This document shows positions 13,055 to 26,398 of a DNA stretch of 64,000 bases, piece after piece; within the stretch, counting starts at the first letter, position 1; every line of letters starts with the position of its first letter. The stretch covers positions 23,312,001-23,376,000 of the forward strand of contig OY740801.1 in the NCBI GenBank assembly GCA_963514005.1, in the 5' to 3' direction. The notes below the pieces were generated by a model. That model was not told the DNA's origin. It saw only the letters and a list, made by a program, of their open reading frames with translations, and did not search any database. This stretch comes from Raja brachyura (lineage: Eukaryota). Position numbers and translations under genes: made by a program.

Positions 13055-13325
13055 AGTTTAGTTCAGAGACACAACATGGAAACAGGCCCTTTGGCCCACC
13101 GAGTCTCCACTGACCATCGATCACCCATTCACACTTGTTCTGTTATTCTCATCCACTTCCCATACATCAGGGGCAATTTACAGAGACCAATTAACCTATA
13201 AAGCAGCATGTCTTTCAGATGTGGGAAGAACGGAGCACCTGGAGGAGCTCACGTGGTCACAGAGTGGTGCACAATGAATGTACCCCAAGTCAGGGTCGAT
13301 TCCAGATCTCTGGTACTGCGAGGCA
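13055..13325 (-). mobile_element. tRNA-derived SINE, degenerate
   Basis: gtttagttcagagacac...ggaaacaggccc tail plus body. Confidence 0.7.
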
Positions 13326-16037
13326 GCCGCTCATCCAGCTGCACCAGCAAGGCAGAAGCCTAGGTGACAAGCAAGGTGGTGAATGGTTACTGCAGGTAGG
13401 AGGGGAGGTAGAGTTGAGGTTACAATCAGATTAGCCAAGATTTTATTAAACAGAGAGCAGGCCTGAGGGCAGAGTGGCTTAATACCACACCCAATTCTTA
13501 TTGTTCATATCCTAGGCCAACACTTGCTCAATAGAGAGGGAACCAAAAAAAAAAAAAAAAAAAAAATTGTGGTTCCAGGCCCTTCTACTGAAGCTACTGA
13601 GAGATATCCCAGAGTTCTGGCCAATATCCCTCCCCGAAGACAGACCAATGGCTGATTGTTTTTTTAAATTTATGTAAAGGATGCAGGGATAATTGGCAAG
13701 GCTATCACTCATTGCTGTTTTATTAGCGTTTGTGGGATATTGTCAAACAATGGTCCCATTTCAAACAAATAGCTTGAATTTGAAACTCTGTAGGACATTG
13801 AGAAACATTACCCGAGGAACATGATATGGCAGTGTGCACATTCTGCCTTTTGTTGCATGCATTAGCTCTGGAACAATCCCTTGGTTCAAAGCTAGCTCCG
13901 TCACCTACAACTTGCCATCCCAGCAAGGACTGCACTCGGGGATAAACTGTACATTCGCGGCAAGGAGAAGCATTGCTTACTTATGCTATCACCTGGCTTA
14001 CTGCCACATTGAAAGTAGCACAAAAGCACCTTATGTATCAAAATGACCGATATCAGTGAAATTTCACAAAGTACACAATCAGCAGTGAGGACAGGACTGA
14101 CCTCAGGAATTCAAACCCTTTCATTAAAGTTAACCACTTAACGTAGCAAATATTTGTGGATGGGAATCATGGCCCGTCTGTTCACTATTTAATTCAGTGC
14201 AATTTATTCAGAAATCTGTAGTCCCTTTATAGTCACATATCCATATTACATGCACAACACTTCACTCAATAATAGCCTCATATAATACTTGGGTAATTAA
14301 GTATGGACATAGAGGTGAAATAAGGGCAGGAATAGATACAAACCTTTTTTTTATAGCCCACATGAATACATAGATAACAGACTAGATTGGTTGCTGGTAA
14401 ATAATTTCACCCATTTTTTTTATTTGTGCCGACATAAAATTTACTGCAGTCACTTTGCACAGAGCTGCATTATAAAAGCCAATTGGCACATTTCAGAGGG
14501 GCAAAGGAGAAACAGTCAAAACTAACACAACAGGCTATGCCCCTGACCTTCCTGTTGAGAGGTGGTATTGGAATAGCCTAGGCAAGGAACAGCAAGGAGT
14601 GTTTTCGATGTACTGTTGCCTATGTGCCATTCAACTGGCCACTTGCTTCTACTAGCGCAGTTAAGCAGTGTGGGCATCATGGAATTTGGCAAAAGGGTTT
14701 GTTTCAATGCTTGAGACTTTGCACACAGAGCTTTCGGTTTCAATCTATTGCATTTTATCAGCTTTCATAGAATGGACAGTGCCTGAAGAAAGACATTCAG
14801 AATCTGAACATATATCGATAATATTTCGGACAACATTCCCAAACTGTGGGTCAAGACATTATCAATCCCCCTCATTCAGCCCATCACAAAACAAGGCTAT
14901 TGTGCAGTGAGGGGAAAACATCAAAAGGTTTGGAGGGAGAGGAAAATATTAACAAACAATATCAAATTTCAGTATCTTCCACTCAAACTTTGCAATCCTG
15001 GTTTCATTTAAATGTATTTATGCCCATCTCTTTTAAACACACCCATATACAATAACATACATTATCCTGCAGTCCAACTGACTAGCTCTTTCCTCATCTC
15101 AATAGCCCAAGCTCACTTTAAGCTTGCACCACCTTCTGGTTTACACAAACCAACAACACAGCCTTACACCAGGTGGAGTTTTGTAGAGTTCTCAAATTCC
15201 AAGAGATGATCCCATTTGAACAGAGCAGCAGGGGACAGGGTCATCATTCCCAGTGCCTTGCATCAAAGCACAACATTTGCACTACACAGATGTGATCTCC
15301 TCCCAGCACAGTCCATGCAACCACTGGGTTATGGTTCATGCCATGGACCTCCAATTGAGTGCTGATATTCTAACCGTACCTGCTGCCTCTACATCCACAA
15401 TACAGCACTTTAACATGCTTTCAGTAAGGATCAGGAAACATGACAAGTGTGGACACCAGCATGCTGTCATACCCTGATTTGGAGGACCAAAACAATCATA
15501 CAGGTCAAGTGTAAAAGTAACTAGATCAGATAGATTTATTGTGTAATCTTCAGGCTCTGCCCAGAAAATCACGGACTCAGCTTTCCTAAAGTAGATTAAC
15601 CTTCATTTTAGGACGTGGGAGAATCACACAAACTTGCAGTATTTGCTGTTCTATTACAGTTTGTCCTGGCATCTTAGCAAGAAAACAGGTTAATCCTGCT
15701 TCCAAAAGATACATCTACAGGTAAAGATCTTTGAGATGCTTTCCAGGACATTACAGGAAAATACAGAACCCAATATGACAGCAATGTTTTAGGCTTTCAT
15801 TTCAGCATGAAACTTTATTTCCAGAAACAATCCTCTTCCTCACAAGCTTATGACAACTTATTGGTACATATGACAGTCCTCAAATCAACCTCAGCCAGGT
15901 GCTCTTAAGTCATTTCATAGCACGCACCGTTTCTGCAAAACCTCTCAGCTGGAATAAACAGAAAATCACTTCAATTCTACATCACACTAGCATGGTGGTT
16001 TGTGAGTGGGGGAATATAGGGATGCTGTTGCAGAATA

Positions 16038-16500
16038 TAGAAACATAAAAAATAGGTGCAGGAGTAGGCCATTCGGCCCTTCGAGCCTGCACCGCCATTC
16101 AATGTGATCATGGCTGATCACCTAACTCAGTATCCTGTACCTGGCTTCTCTCCATACCCCCGATCCCTTTAGCCACAAGGGCCACTTCCAACTCCCTCTT
16201 AAATATAGCCAATGAACTGGCCTCAACTCAATTTCTGTGCAGAGAATTCCACAGATTCACCACTCTGTGTGATTTTTTCCCCCCCATTTCGGTCCTAAAA
16301 GACTTCCCCCTTATCCTTAAACTGTGACCCCTTGTTCTGGACTTCCCAACATCGGGAACAATCTTCCTGCATCTAGCCTGTCCAACCCCTTAAGAATTTT
16401 GTGATTTTCTATACGATCCCCCCTCAATCTTGTAAATTCTAGCCAGTACAAGCCGAGTCTATCTTCATATGAAAGTCCTGCCATCCCAGGAATCAGTCTG
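16038..16500 (-). mobile_element. CR1 LINE 3' end
   Basis: RLIPGMAGLSYEDRLGLY.LE..RLRGD.IE..KILKG; (TTCTATG)-type tail. Confidence 0.9.
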
Positions 16501-17834
16501 GAATCAATATAACATCCCCCAGACCCAGCCAAGGCTACCTCCACAAAACCTACCAAGGAAAGACAAGAATTTGCAAGCACAAGTCCTTTACCCCATAAGT
16601 ATCTATCTTTGGTTAAAGATTAACATTTAAATTCGAGCTCTGCTATTTTCACACTCTATTGACACGGGAGATGCTTATTTGGCCAACCAAACCCAAAGAA
16701 TCCCTGAAATACCCATCCAAAAATGTAAATGTAAACTTTCAAAGTTGTTTTGGCACAGACAAAAATTAAATCAATTTAAACACTAGCCAATTCAAATGAT
16801 CACCCAGACAATAATAGAACAGGTTGCAATTTGCACATCAACAGATGAATCAAATCATTTCATCCCAGCTGCTTTCAGAATTTCCAGGGGATTTATATAA
16901 ACAATTATGACAAAATTAAAGTAAAATCAAAACTGTTAAAGCCCCTTTAATTAGAGCTTTCCTGGAGTTATCCAATGCCCGCATGAAGATAAAAGAGGTG
17001 GCCACAAACTTTAAAGAAAATAAACAGTTAACTCACTATCTGCAACTGAGCTGAGAGCAAGTTAATACTTTCAATGCCTGCAAGAAGCTGCAGTCTGTGC
17101 AAGCCAACACAAAATATTCTGTCCAGTGTTTACAGATAAGCATCTAGATGGAAAGAATGACAACTGCCGCAAAAGCAAACTAGACATGCATGTTCGGCAA
17201 AAAAAATCACCTTTCTCAATGTGGCCGCATAAACATTCAATTTATTCTATACCAAAGGCTGAAGTTTCCCTTAACCTAGAATATTAAACACCAATCCCAG
17301 GAGTTTGAATTTATATTTATGAAGTCACAAGTGTGTTAAACAAAATCTTACATCAAATAAATGGGCATATTTGGTGGATTGACCAAAGCTTGATCAAAAT
17401 AGTAGTTTTCAAGGAGCACTTAAGAGAATTTGAAAGGTAGCCAAAGGAACAGTTGCAGATGGAAGAGCAATTCCATTCAGGGACGATCAAGTAACCACAA
17501 TCAAAAGACAAATATTGGTGGTTGTAGGACTAGAGAAAGTTGCAGGAACCAAGTAGGCAAAAGATATAGGAAGAGTCCATGAAGGGACTTGGAACAAGCT
17601 GTTGCTCAAACAGGAGCCAATGTAGGCCCATAAGCATAGAGATACAGGACATTCAAGATTCAATGAATAAACAGAAAATTACAGGTTGTTTTGAGTTGAG
17701 ACCCTTCTTCGGCGATGCAGCATTTTGTGCAAATTACTCTGTTTACTTAGGAATGACTAGGAAAACCAAGATTAAAAGCAGATATTTTGGTAATCCCCAG
17801 ATGAGCAGGTTTAGTTATGAATAAACTAGCTATG

Positions 17835-18165
17835 GGAGAGCATAGTAAGTAGAGTTATTGCCTCACAGCACCAGTGACCTGGTTCAGTTGTAACGTTGGG
17901 TGCTGTCCACTTGAAGCTTGCATGTTACCCCTGACACCATGTAACTTTCCTCTGATTTTCTCCCACATCTCAAATATGTATGGGTTGGTAGGTTAAATGG
18001 CCACTGTAAATTGCTCCTCTTGTTGGTGGGCAGTGGAATCTCTGATTTGTTGAGAGAATTTGGGGAGAATAAAAACAGTACTGATGTAGGATTAGTGTAA
18101 AAAATGGGCAGTTAATAGTCAGTGCAGACTTGGTGGGCAAACGGCCTGTTTGTGTGCTGTATGGC
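17835..18165 (+). mobile_element. tRNA-derived SINE, degenerate
   Basis: gcctcacagcaccagtgacc head; ggtaggttaa..ggccactgtaaattg core. Confidence 0.65.
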
Positions 18166-18354
18166 TAGGCTATTACACTGAATTCTTCATATGGATGAGG
18201 TAGGAGTTATCAGTAACAGTTAAACCATTTTATTTATTGTTATTTTGAACACAAGAACGATTATGGCATCATTAGTTGACCAGAAGCATACAAAATGGAA
18301 GATTTGTGACGTGCAATTCAAGTTTTATAATAGCTTATATCACACATTCTTTAC

Positions 18355-18451
18355 CTCCATTATTCTTGATGGCAGCAATTCCACGGCAGAAGTCATCAAA
18401 GCCAATGACCCCAAGACCAGCAGGATCCAGGTACTTGGTCAACTCCTTTAC
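18355..18451 (-). CDS. RAB11FIP3: RAB11FIP3 coding exon 2 (second EF-hand), 97 bp
   Basis: Acceptor ttttctcctcag|GTA. Encodes VKELTKYLDPAGLGVIGFDDFCRGIAAIKNNG (human VKDLTKYLDPSGLGVISFEDFYQGITAIRNG). Donor G|gtaaag. Phase 0 in, phase 1 out, consistent with neighbouring exons. Confidence 0.95.
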
Positions 18452-18567
18452 CTGAGGAGAAAACAAAGCACCCCAAACATTAGCAGACCACAAAAGATGC
18501 TCAGTCTGTCCAGAGCTATATAAAACCAAAGCTGACAATAGCACATAAATCTGGGGCACCCAACACA

Positions 18568-20285
18568 TTTGGCAGAGGAGCTGAACCTCTTTGTTTGCTG
18601 GCTTTGAAGTGGAGCCACCCGAGACAGCCACAACACACCATATGGTCCACAGTAGCCTAACCCTCAAAATAGAAGAGCATGAGGTGAGGCGCACGCTGCG
18701 GGCCATCAATCCAAGGAAGGCTACTGGACCCGACGGCGTCTCTGGACGCCTGCTGAAGGACTGCGCAGACCAGCTGGCTGGAGTCTTCACGAGGCTTTTT
18801 AACCAGTCTCTGGCCCAGTCCACTGTCCCACCCTGTCTGAAGTCAGCAACCATAGTCCCCTTGCCCAAAAAAACCCACATTTCCAGCCTCAAAGACTACC
18901 GGCCAGTCGCACTCACACCAGTGGTGATGAAGTGCTTTGAAAAACTGGTCCGGGGTCATATCACATCACTCCTGCCTTGAAGCTTTGACCCCCACCAGTT
19001 TGCGTACAGAGCGAATAGATCTACAGAGGACGCTGTAGCTGCAGCTCTCCATGCTGCACTGTCCCACCTGGAGCAGCGGGGAAGCTATGTACGAATGTTC
19101 TTTGTGGACTACAGCTCTGCTTTTAATACTATGCTTCCCTACAAACTGGTGGACAAACTGGGGGACTTGGGACTTCCACACTCCATCTGCATGTGGATAA
19201 ATAGCTTCCTGTCGGGCCACAGCCAGAGAGTCAGAATGGGCCATCACACATCCACGGCCCTCAGCCTCAGTACCGGCTCTCCACAGGGCTGCGTGCTGAG
19301 CCCCCTGCTCTACACCATCTACACACATGACTGCACCTCCGCCCACCACAGCAACACCATTGTCAAATTTGCGGATGACGCTACAGTGGTGGGGCTCATC
19401 TCCGGGGGGGGACGAGTACGCCTATCGGGATGAGGTGGAGCAGCTGACAGTGTAGTGTGGAGAAAATAACCTTCTCCTGAACACCTTAAAGACCAAGGAG
19501 ATAATAATAGACTTCAGGAAGAACAAAACGGAAATGGTAATCATCAGAGGGGACTGTGTGGAGAGGGTGGTGGATTTCTGCTTCCTGGGAATCCATGTTG
19601 AGGAGGACCTGACGTGGAGCGTGAACACCTCTGCGCTGCAGAAAAAGGTCCAGCAGAGACTGCACTTCGTGAGGGTGCTCAGGAAGAATAACATCACACA
19701 GAGACTGCTGCTGTCCTTTTATCGGTGCTCCATTGAGAGCATCCTAACATACTGTGCATGCGTTTGGTGCACCAGCTGCACAGCGGCTCAGAGGAAAGCG
19801 TTCCAGAGGGCCATTGACAACGCCAAGAGGATTGCCGGCTGCCCTCTCCTTACCTTGGAGGACTTACATAGTTCCCGCTGCATCAAAAAATCCCAGAATA
19901 TTATAAAGGACATTTCCCGCCCCGGACACTCCCTGTTTGAACTGTTGCCGTCAGGCAGACGGTACAGATCTACAAGGTCAAGGACAAACAGACTTAAAAA
20001 CAGTTTTTACCCCACTGCTATAAAGGCACGAAATGTATCCACCAAGGAACGCGGGGACTAAGGGACTGTGGTTGGTACACTGTGAAATCGACAGAAGGAT
20101 GTAGGGTTGGGTGTTTATGCGTGCAGTCTTCATATTTCATATTTATTTTAGTTGTTTATCTTTTTTAATATTTTACCTTGTATGTATCGTTAGCTTTTAT
20201 GGTTTGAATGATGCACTGACTGGTTGACATTTTTTAATTTTGTTGTACATGGTTCATGTTACAATGACAATAAAGAAACTTATAC
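18568..20285 (+). mobile_element. Rex1/Babar LINE, 5'-truncated (RT domain + 3'UTR)
   Basis: [66 protein letters not shown]...KNSFYP; ends in ACAATGACAATAAAG. Confidence 0.95.
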
Positions 20286-22699
20286 TACATGGGTAGTGAT
20301 AAGATAAACCAAATTGTACCATGGATTCTTTGAAAAACAGAGGACCTACAGTACAGAGGACCCTTTGGCCCACCATTATCTCCGGGGAAAAGCAGATATG
20401 ATCAGACATTTACTCGCACCATTGTGGTTTCACCATTGGAGTTCATCGCAGAGTGTCATTACATTGACAGGCACTTGTACAGGTTCTGCTAGGAAATGTC
20501 CAATTTCCCAAGAAATTGACACTGGCAATATTAGTCTGAACTAATTCACATTTCTACTGCTCTATTAGCAATACAATTTGACAGCAAGTTCCTACGAAAC
20601 AACCCATATAACCCGACTTAAAGACACATGGCATCCAACACCTGCGGGCAACATCGTGCAGTCCAAGGGAATCTCATTAATATATACAACTTTTCAGCTT
20701 GGGGAATTAAAGGAAGCCACCCATCTCCTTCGGGGAGGTCTGAATAGGCTACAGAGATCAGACACAAATTCTGGCAACTAACTCTCATACATTGCCAATT
20801 GTGGCCTGTTGAATAACAAGCTGCAACCCGCAGGGGGAGAAACACCTTCGTGCAGGTGATCTACCCTCAAATCTAGCAAGGCATTCCAATATTTTGATGC
20901 TGAAAAACAAGAATTGTAGTCAAATTGGGATATTTTCATTTTACAGTCGCAGGTGCTGCAGATCTGAAATTCAGACAGGATACTGGACATACTGAGATCA
21001 GGCTGCATGTGTGGAGATGGAAACAGTTGGTGCAATGGTTGCAGAGATTGTACGTGAATAACATGGTAAATAAAATGTAGGCGCAAAGCCATCCAGAAAA
21101 GGGCACACCATTATGGAGTGGACTAAGTGGAAAGGCCATGCCACACGTGCTAGGCCTGACATCAGGACTCAAGCCCTGCTCAATGCAATATTACATAAAT
21201 TTGAAATAAACTGAAACCAATGGAAAGTTCCAGATCAAGTGCCGAGGGAAACAGAAGTCTTAAATTGATAACTTTCACAGGTAGCATGTTCACAGAACAG
21301 CACATGTATGACTGTTATTTAGGCACCATCAAGACATGCAATCTTAATGCATGATCTCCGATCCATGCACAGATGTGCATCAAATGCAGACTATTGAAAG
21401 TGATAAATATCAGTGCTATACTCAAGCAAAAAATGTACTTTTGGGGAAAATACAATTTCATAAATCGGCAGGTCAACACACGGCCATTACAGCAAGCAGC
21501 TATCATGATGGCTAGCTCACATTTCATCCCGATCCATGTCCTCCAGAAATGCTACTTGACCGGCAGAGTTACTCCAGCACCACATTCTACAATCTCACAT
21601 CCCAGCTTTACTTTCTCTCCAGCGCAAGATCTCAAACATCCTCTTTTACCCAGAGCTCTCGAACTCATTCTGTCAAACCACCATTAAGAAAATCCTTATC
21701 CAAAACAGGCCACTAAGAGATGGACTGGTTGATAGAAACAAAGGGGCATTATGGGACCTTTGCAACTACCAAAACCTCCAAGGCCAATACCTGAAAAGAG
21801 AACGTACATTTATTCAAACAAAACCCAAATAGAATTAAAAAAAGCACTCCTGTGTTTAGGTTTTCAAAAGTTAAGAGTTAAAAGAATCACCAAGGCAGAA
21901 CTCAACCACAACCCTGTCATTCAAAACGAAAGGGACAATAAATCACTAAGATCTATATCAACCATAGTAGTTTTAGTGCAACATCAAAGCACACGATGTC
22001 TCCGATATACAATATGAAAAACCTTCCAAAAGAACAATTGCACAGTCGGGGCATTACAACCAAATATTGAGACATTCAGCGTATAAAACATTGTGAGAAA
22101 ACATGGAACACCCGGTCCCAAGGAAAATGAATGATTTAATTCAAGAACACGCAACCTTTGATTAGAGAGTTCTGGACAGGGGACATACGACAAGAATTAA
22201 TTTTAGCGCAGAAAGTCTACAAATTAAGGGCGTACTACCAAGATACTGCGCAGGTCACTTCCGATAGAGAAAGGAAGAAATTATTTTATTTTCCAGAAAA
22301 GACGGAGTGTTTACTGTGCATTGGCCAGGGTATTAGGAAGCATAGTCCCAGCTATTGTGGCCAGCTATTTATTTAGAACTTCTCATGGTGCAGGCTGCGA
22401 GCATAGTAAATGGCGAGTTACTAAATAAATGCAAAGCAGAGACTTCTCTACCTCGCCCCTCCATGAAGGCAGAGGTTAGTTCAACTTGGCATCATATTCG
22501 GCACAGACATTGAGCCGAACACCTGTTCCTGTGTTGTACTGTTCCATGCTCTATTGAATGGTGGAGCAGGCCACAAGATTGATACAATCTTTTCCTGTTC
22601 TTATGTTTTTATTATGTTTTTGTTTTTAGCTCAAAAATCTGTGGTAGTAAAATTGAGGGACTGATGGGGTTTCAACAAAGCAGCTTCTTGCTCACAAAC

Positions 22700-22990
22700 C
22701 AAACCATTCAAACTTCAGTGCACTCTCCCAAGGCAAGTAAATCCTTTCTGAAATGATACCAAAACATCAAGTGCTCCAGGTGTGGACTCACCAATTGCCT
22801 GTATATTTGCAAGAGGACTGATTTGTGGTAAAACATTACAATAACCTTAATAACCATGCATCCTGTTTTTCTTATACATCCGGCTGACTCCAATAACCAA
22901 TATTCAAGTCTCACACTGTTCAAATAATGCCCTCTTCTATTCTTTCTGCCAAAATAATTCTTCTCATATCCCCTCGTTATATTCTACTGC
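22700..22990 (-). mobile_element. Old CR1 fragment
   Basis: VLLQIYRQLVSPHLE...FW...RKD..AL. Confidence 0.65.
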
Positions 22991-25524
22991 CACAATAGTA
23001 CTTTTAAACAATCACCCCATCCTCCAAATACAACTCCCCTATTCCTCTCAAGCAAAAATTGCAAGGAACTTATGATATCAATAATGAAAAATTGCTTCCT
23101 GCTGGTTCATCTGTTCTCTTTAACCTTCCTTTAGTTCACCACTAATTTGTTTATCCTGAACTCAATTTTACTCCACTAAAGTTAATCTTACTTCCCACTA
23201 GTCTTAATGTTAGCAATTACTTTAAATACTTATTTTACTTGTTACTTTATTTCCTTTTATATTCAATTGCCTTTTCACTAAACAGCTGACTTCACATTGC
23301 CTTCCACCTTTTTTTTAAATTAAGTTCTTTTGCATTGCTTTACCCTTGACCCATCTCCAACTGTTCCATTTATTCAGTTTTTATACCTCTCATATCACAA
23401 GGAGGACATAATCAAGATCATGACTAGAAGAACATTTATAACAAAAGCAATTATTTAACCTTTTTACAGTACAAAGGCTCAACAAACTCGTATTGTTTAT
23501 GTGGAGCTGAGGTTGAGAGGAGTACATATAATTAACTAGGGTAAACAGTCAGAACCTTTTCCCCCAAGGGTCTGACTTTTCCTACTGTTGCTATTACATT
23601 TATATAATTTGAACATCACAAGATCTTCCAACGATAGCATAATTGGCATATCATTGCTTCAGTAGTCTTACAATCCAATTATACCAATCTACCTTATTTC
23701 TGTGCTGTCTCTACATAACCATATCCTCTGAAATTAGGTAGATTCTTTGCCGAGGATATACAGCTGTGGCTCCAACATGAACACCACATTAGCACTTTGC
23801 ATTTGATATTGTCATTATAATTGAGGCTATTCTGTAGCTAGCTCTCAGAACATTCCTATTACACGCCTGTCAGCTCTACTGCCACCTACCACCCATGCAC
23901 CTTTACAACGTGGGAGGAATCAAAGCCGCAGTCACATGAAGAACATGCAAACTCTACACAGATCGCACTCTGGGCAAGGGTCATGTCTGGGTTGCTGGAG
24001 CCACAAATCAACAGTGCTATTACTGTGGAACTGTGTTACTCCGGTCCGTCCTGGCTAAATTTTTCCTCCCAATAAAATTGGGAAAAAAAGGTCTATGGCC
24101 TAGATACAGACTTCAATTGTCACTTTCATTCTCCATCTGTTATTGTAAAAAACAATTTGAATGTGTACTAAACAATTTATAGTTTGGAAAGTTTCAGTCC
24201 ACATGCATATTTAGGTTTACCATTGCCACATGCAGCGAGGTACAGTGAAAAGCTTTGTTTTGTTTGCTATCCAATCAAATCGAATAATACCATACATGAA
24301 TACAATCAAGCCAAACTCAAGTACAAGAGGTAGAGCAAAGGAAAAGATAGAGTGCAGGACAAGTTGTCAGCATTGTAACGTGTTAGTTCCAGAGACAGTT
24401 CTCAGCATTGTTGCACACCAGTTCCGTGATACCATGCAAAACTGTGGGGTTTTTGCCCATGTAAAAGTGGTTCCAAACGTCATGCCCAGAAGACCAGAAG
24501 ATTAGCAATTCTAAATGTTTCCTTGGCGTCACTGAATCATAGTTTCCACTGACAGAACTCACTGCTACTAAATGCAGCAAAAAGCACTAAAAGCTGGAAA
24601 GAATCCAAGCCAAATGGAAAAATGCAAAAGCAGAGTTATAAGCAGGTATGGTGGTGGGAGGATGCCTCGTTTCCTGGAGTCTGTGCAACCACACTTAGGG
24701 CGAGGTCTCTGCTGCCTGCTTTCTGCATTTAGAAGTAGAACAACTCTCCTTTTCATGGTACAGCTCTCAGATCCCCTTCACATAAAAGACTAACTATGTG
24801 AACCAACCGAAAAGAAATGTAGCAAAAGCCAGCAGCCTTAAAAACAGCTGAGTATACAATAACAGACATTTCTGCAGTGCTCATTATGCATGAATGGATA
24901 TTAAAATGCTTTAGTGGGCATTAAGCCAAGGGGGTAACAGAATGCTGAAAAGTTAATGTTTTAAATCAGTATTTTCTTTAAGGCGGGGAGGAAAGCAGCA
25001 GACCACAGGTGCAGAAGGAAAAATGTTCCAACTAGGAGGATAAAGGATTGGGGAAGAGGGGCAAGTGGCTTGATGTAATGGCTGCCAACATTCCCCCAAA
25101 CAGAAAATGAGAGCTGGGAGGTTCAGAGACAGAGCCGACAGCTACTGCGCCTCGAAATGGATCCTGGGATATTAATACCGAAACAAGTATCCACAAAACA
25201 CTGGGTTTGGAGTATCTAGAAGAGTTTGCGCTGCTGCGTCTCAGCTCCAGGGACGTGGCTTCATCGTGCTCTTGGGTATTACCTGCACTGAGTTTACGTT
25301 CCATTTGTGACTGTGGGGTTTTTTCCCACATCCCAAAGATGTGCTGGTATGATTAGCTACTACAACACCCTACACCAAAGGGGAATTTAATGGTAACAAT
25401 AATTAAGGGGTAGAAGGGCAAGCGTTAGAGAACAAGTTGCAGAAATGCAAGGAGGAGAAACTTAGAGTACTGTGATTGGTGCCACGTGCATTCATAGGGC
25501 GAGTTGGTGCTTCCTAGATTGATG

Positions 25525-26398
25525 CAGCACAGAAACTGGCCCTTTTGCCCAACTCACCCATGCTGGCCAAGAGGTCGCATTAAACAGTTGCACTTGCCTG
25601 CATTTTGCCCATATCCCTCTAAACCTTTCCTTTGAATATTGTTACTGTAGCTGCCTCAACCACTTCATCTGGCAGCTTGCTCCATGCACCCGCCACCAAA
25701 GTGGAAAAAGCAACCCCTCGGGTTTGTATTAAATCTTTCTCCTCCTGCATTAAATTTCTGACCCCTAGTTCTTGATTTTCCAACCTCTGGAATGACTGTA
25801 CATTCACCCTACGTCTCTCATGGTTTTGCACATCTCTATAAAATCACACCTTGGCCTATGCTCCAAGGAATAATCCCTAGCCATCCCAACCTCTTGCTTT
25901 AATCATTTCTTCAGGTCCTAGCAACAACCTCTGAATCTTTCATACAATCTTTCCAGTGGCACATTTCCGATAGCAGGAAGACCAAAACGGAACACAATAC
26001 TCGGTGCATTCTCAGCAAGGTCTTATATAAATTGAACACATGTCCCAATTTTGAAACAACCCTTTTACTGGAAAGTCAGAATGCCAAAACCCTTTTCCAC
26101 CACCCTGTTTACCTGTGATGCCACATATTCTATGTATCTGTGCCCTGCTGCAAAAATCCGACCCTCGTTTGACTTCCCAAAATGAAACAGCTCGCACTTA
26201 TTCAAATTAAACTAAATTTTGCACGCCTCAGCCCCCTTACCCAGCTAATCAACATTATGCTGCTGTAATTTTAAAACTTTTTACCATCTATGATGCCACC
26301 TATTTTAGTGTAATTTGCAAACTTATCAACCATGCCTTGTACATTCTCATTCAACTTATTGATACAAATGACAAAAAGCAATGGGACCAACAGAGCCC
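25525..26398 (-). mobile_element. Old CR1 fragment
   Basis: VAGAWSKLPDEVVEAATVTIFK and degenerate RT-end sequence. Confidence 0.7.

Noticed and set aside
18335-18892. 185-aa minus-strand ORF as a novel gene
   Set aside because: It is the antisense frame of a Rex1 LINE running by chance into RAB11FIP3 exon 2; the real acceptor is at 18452.
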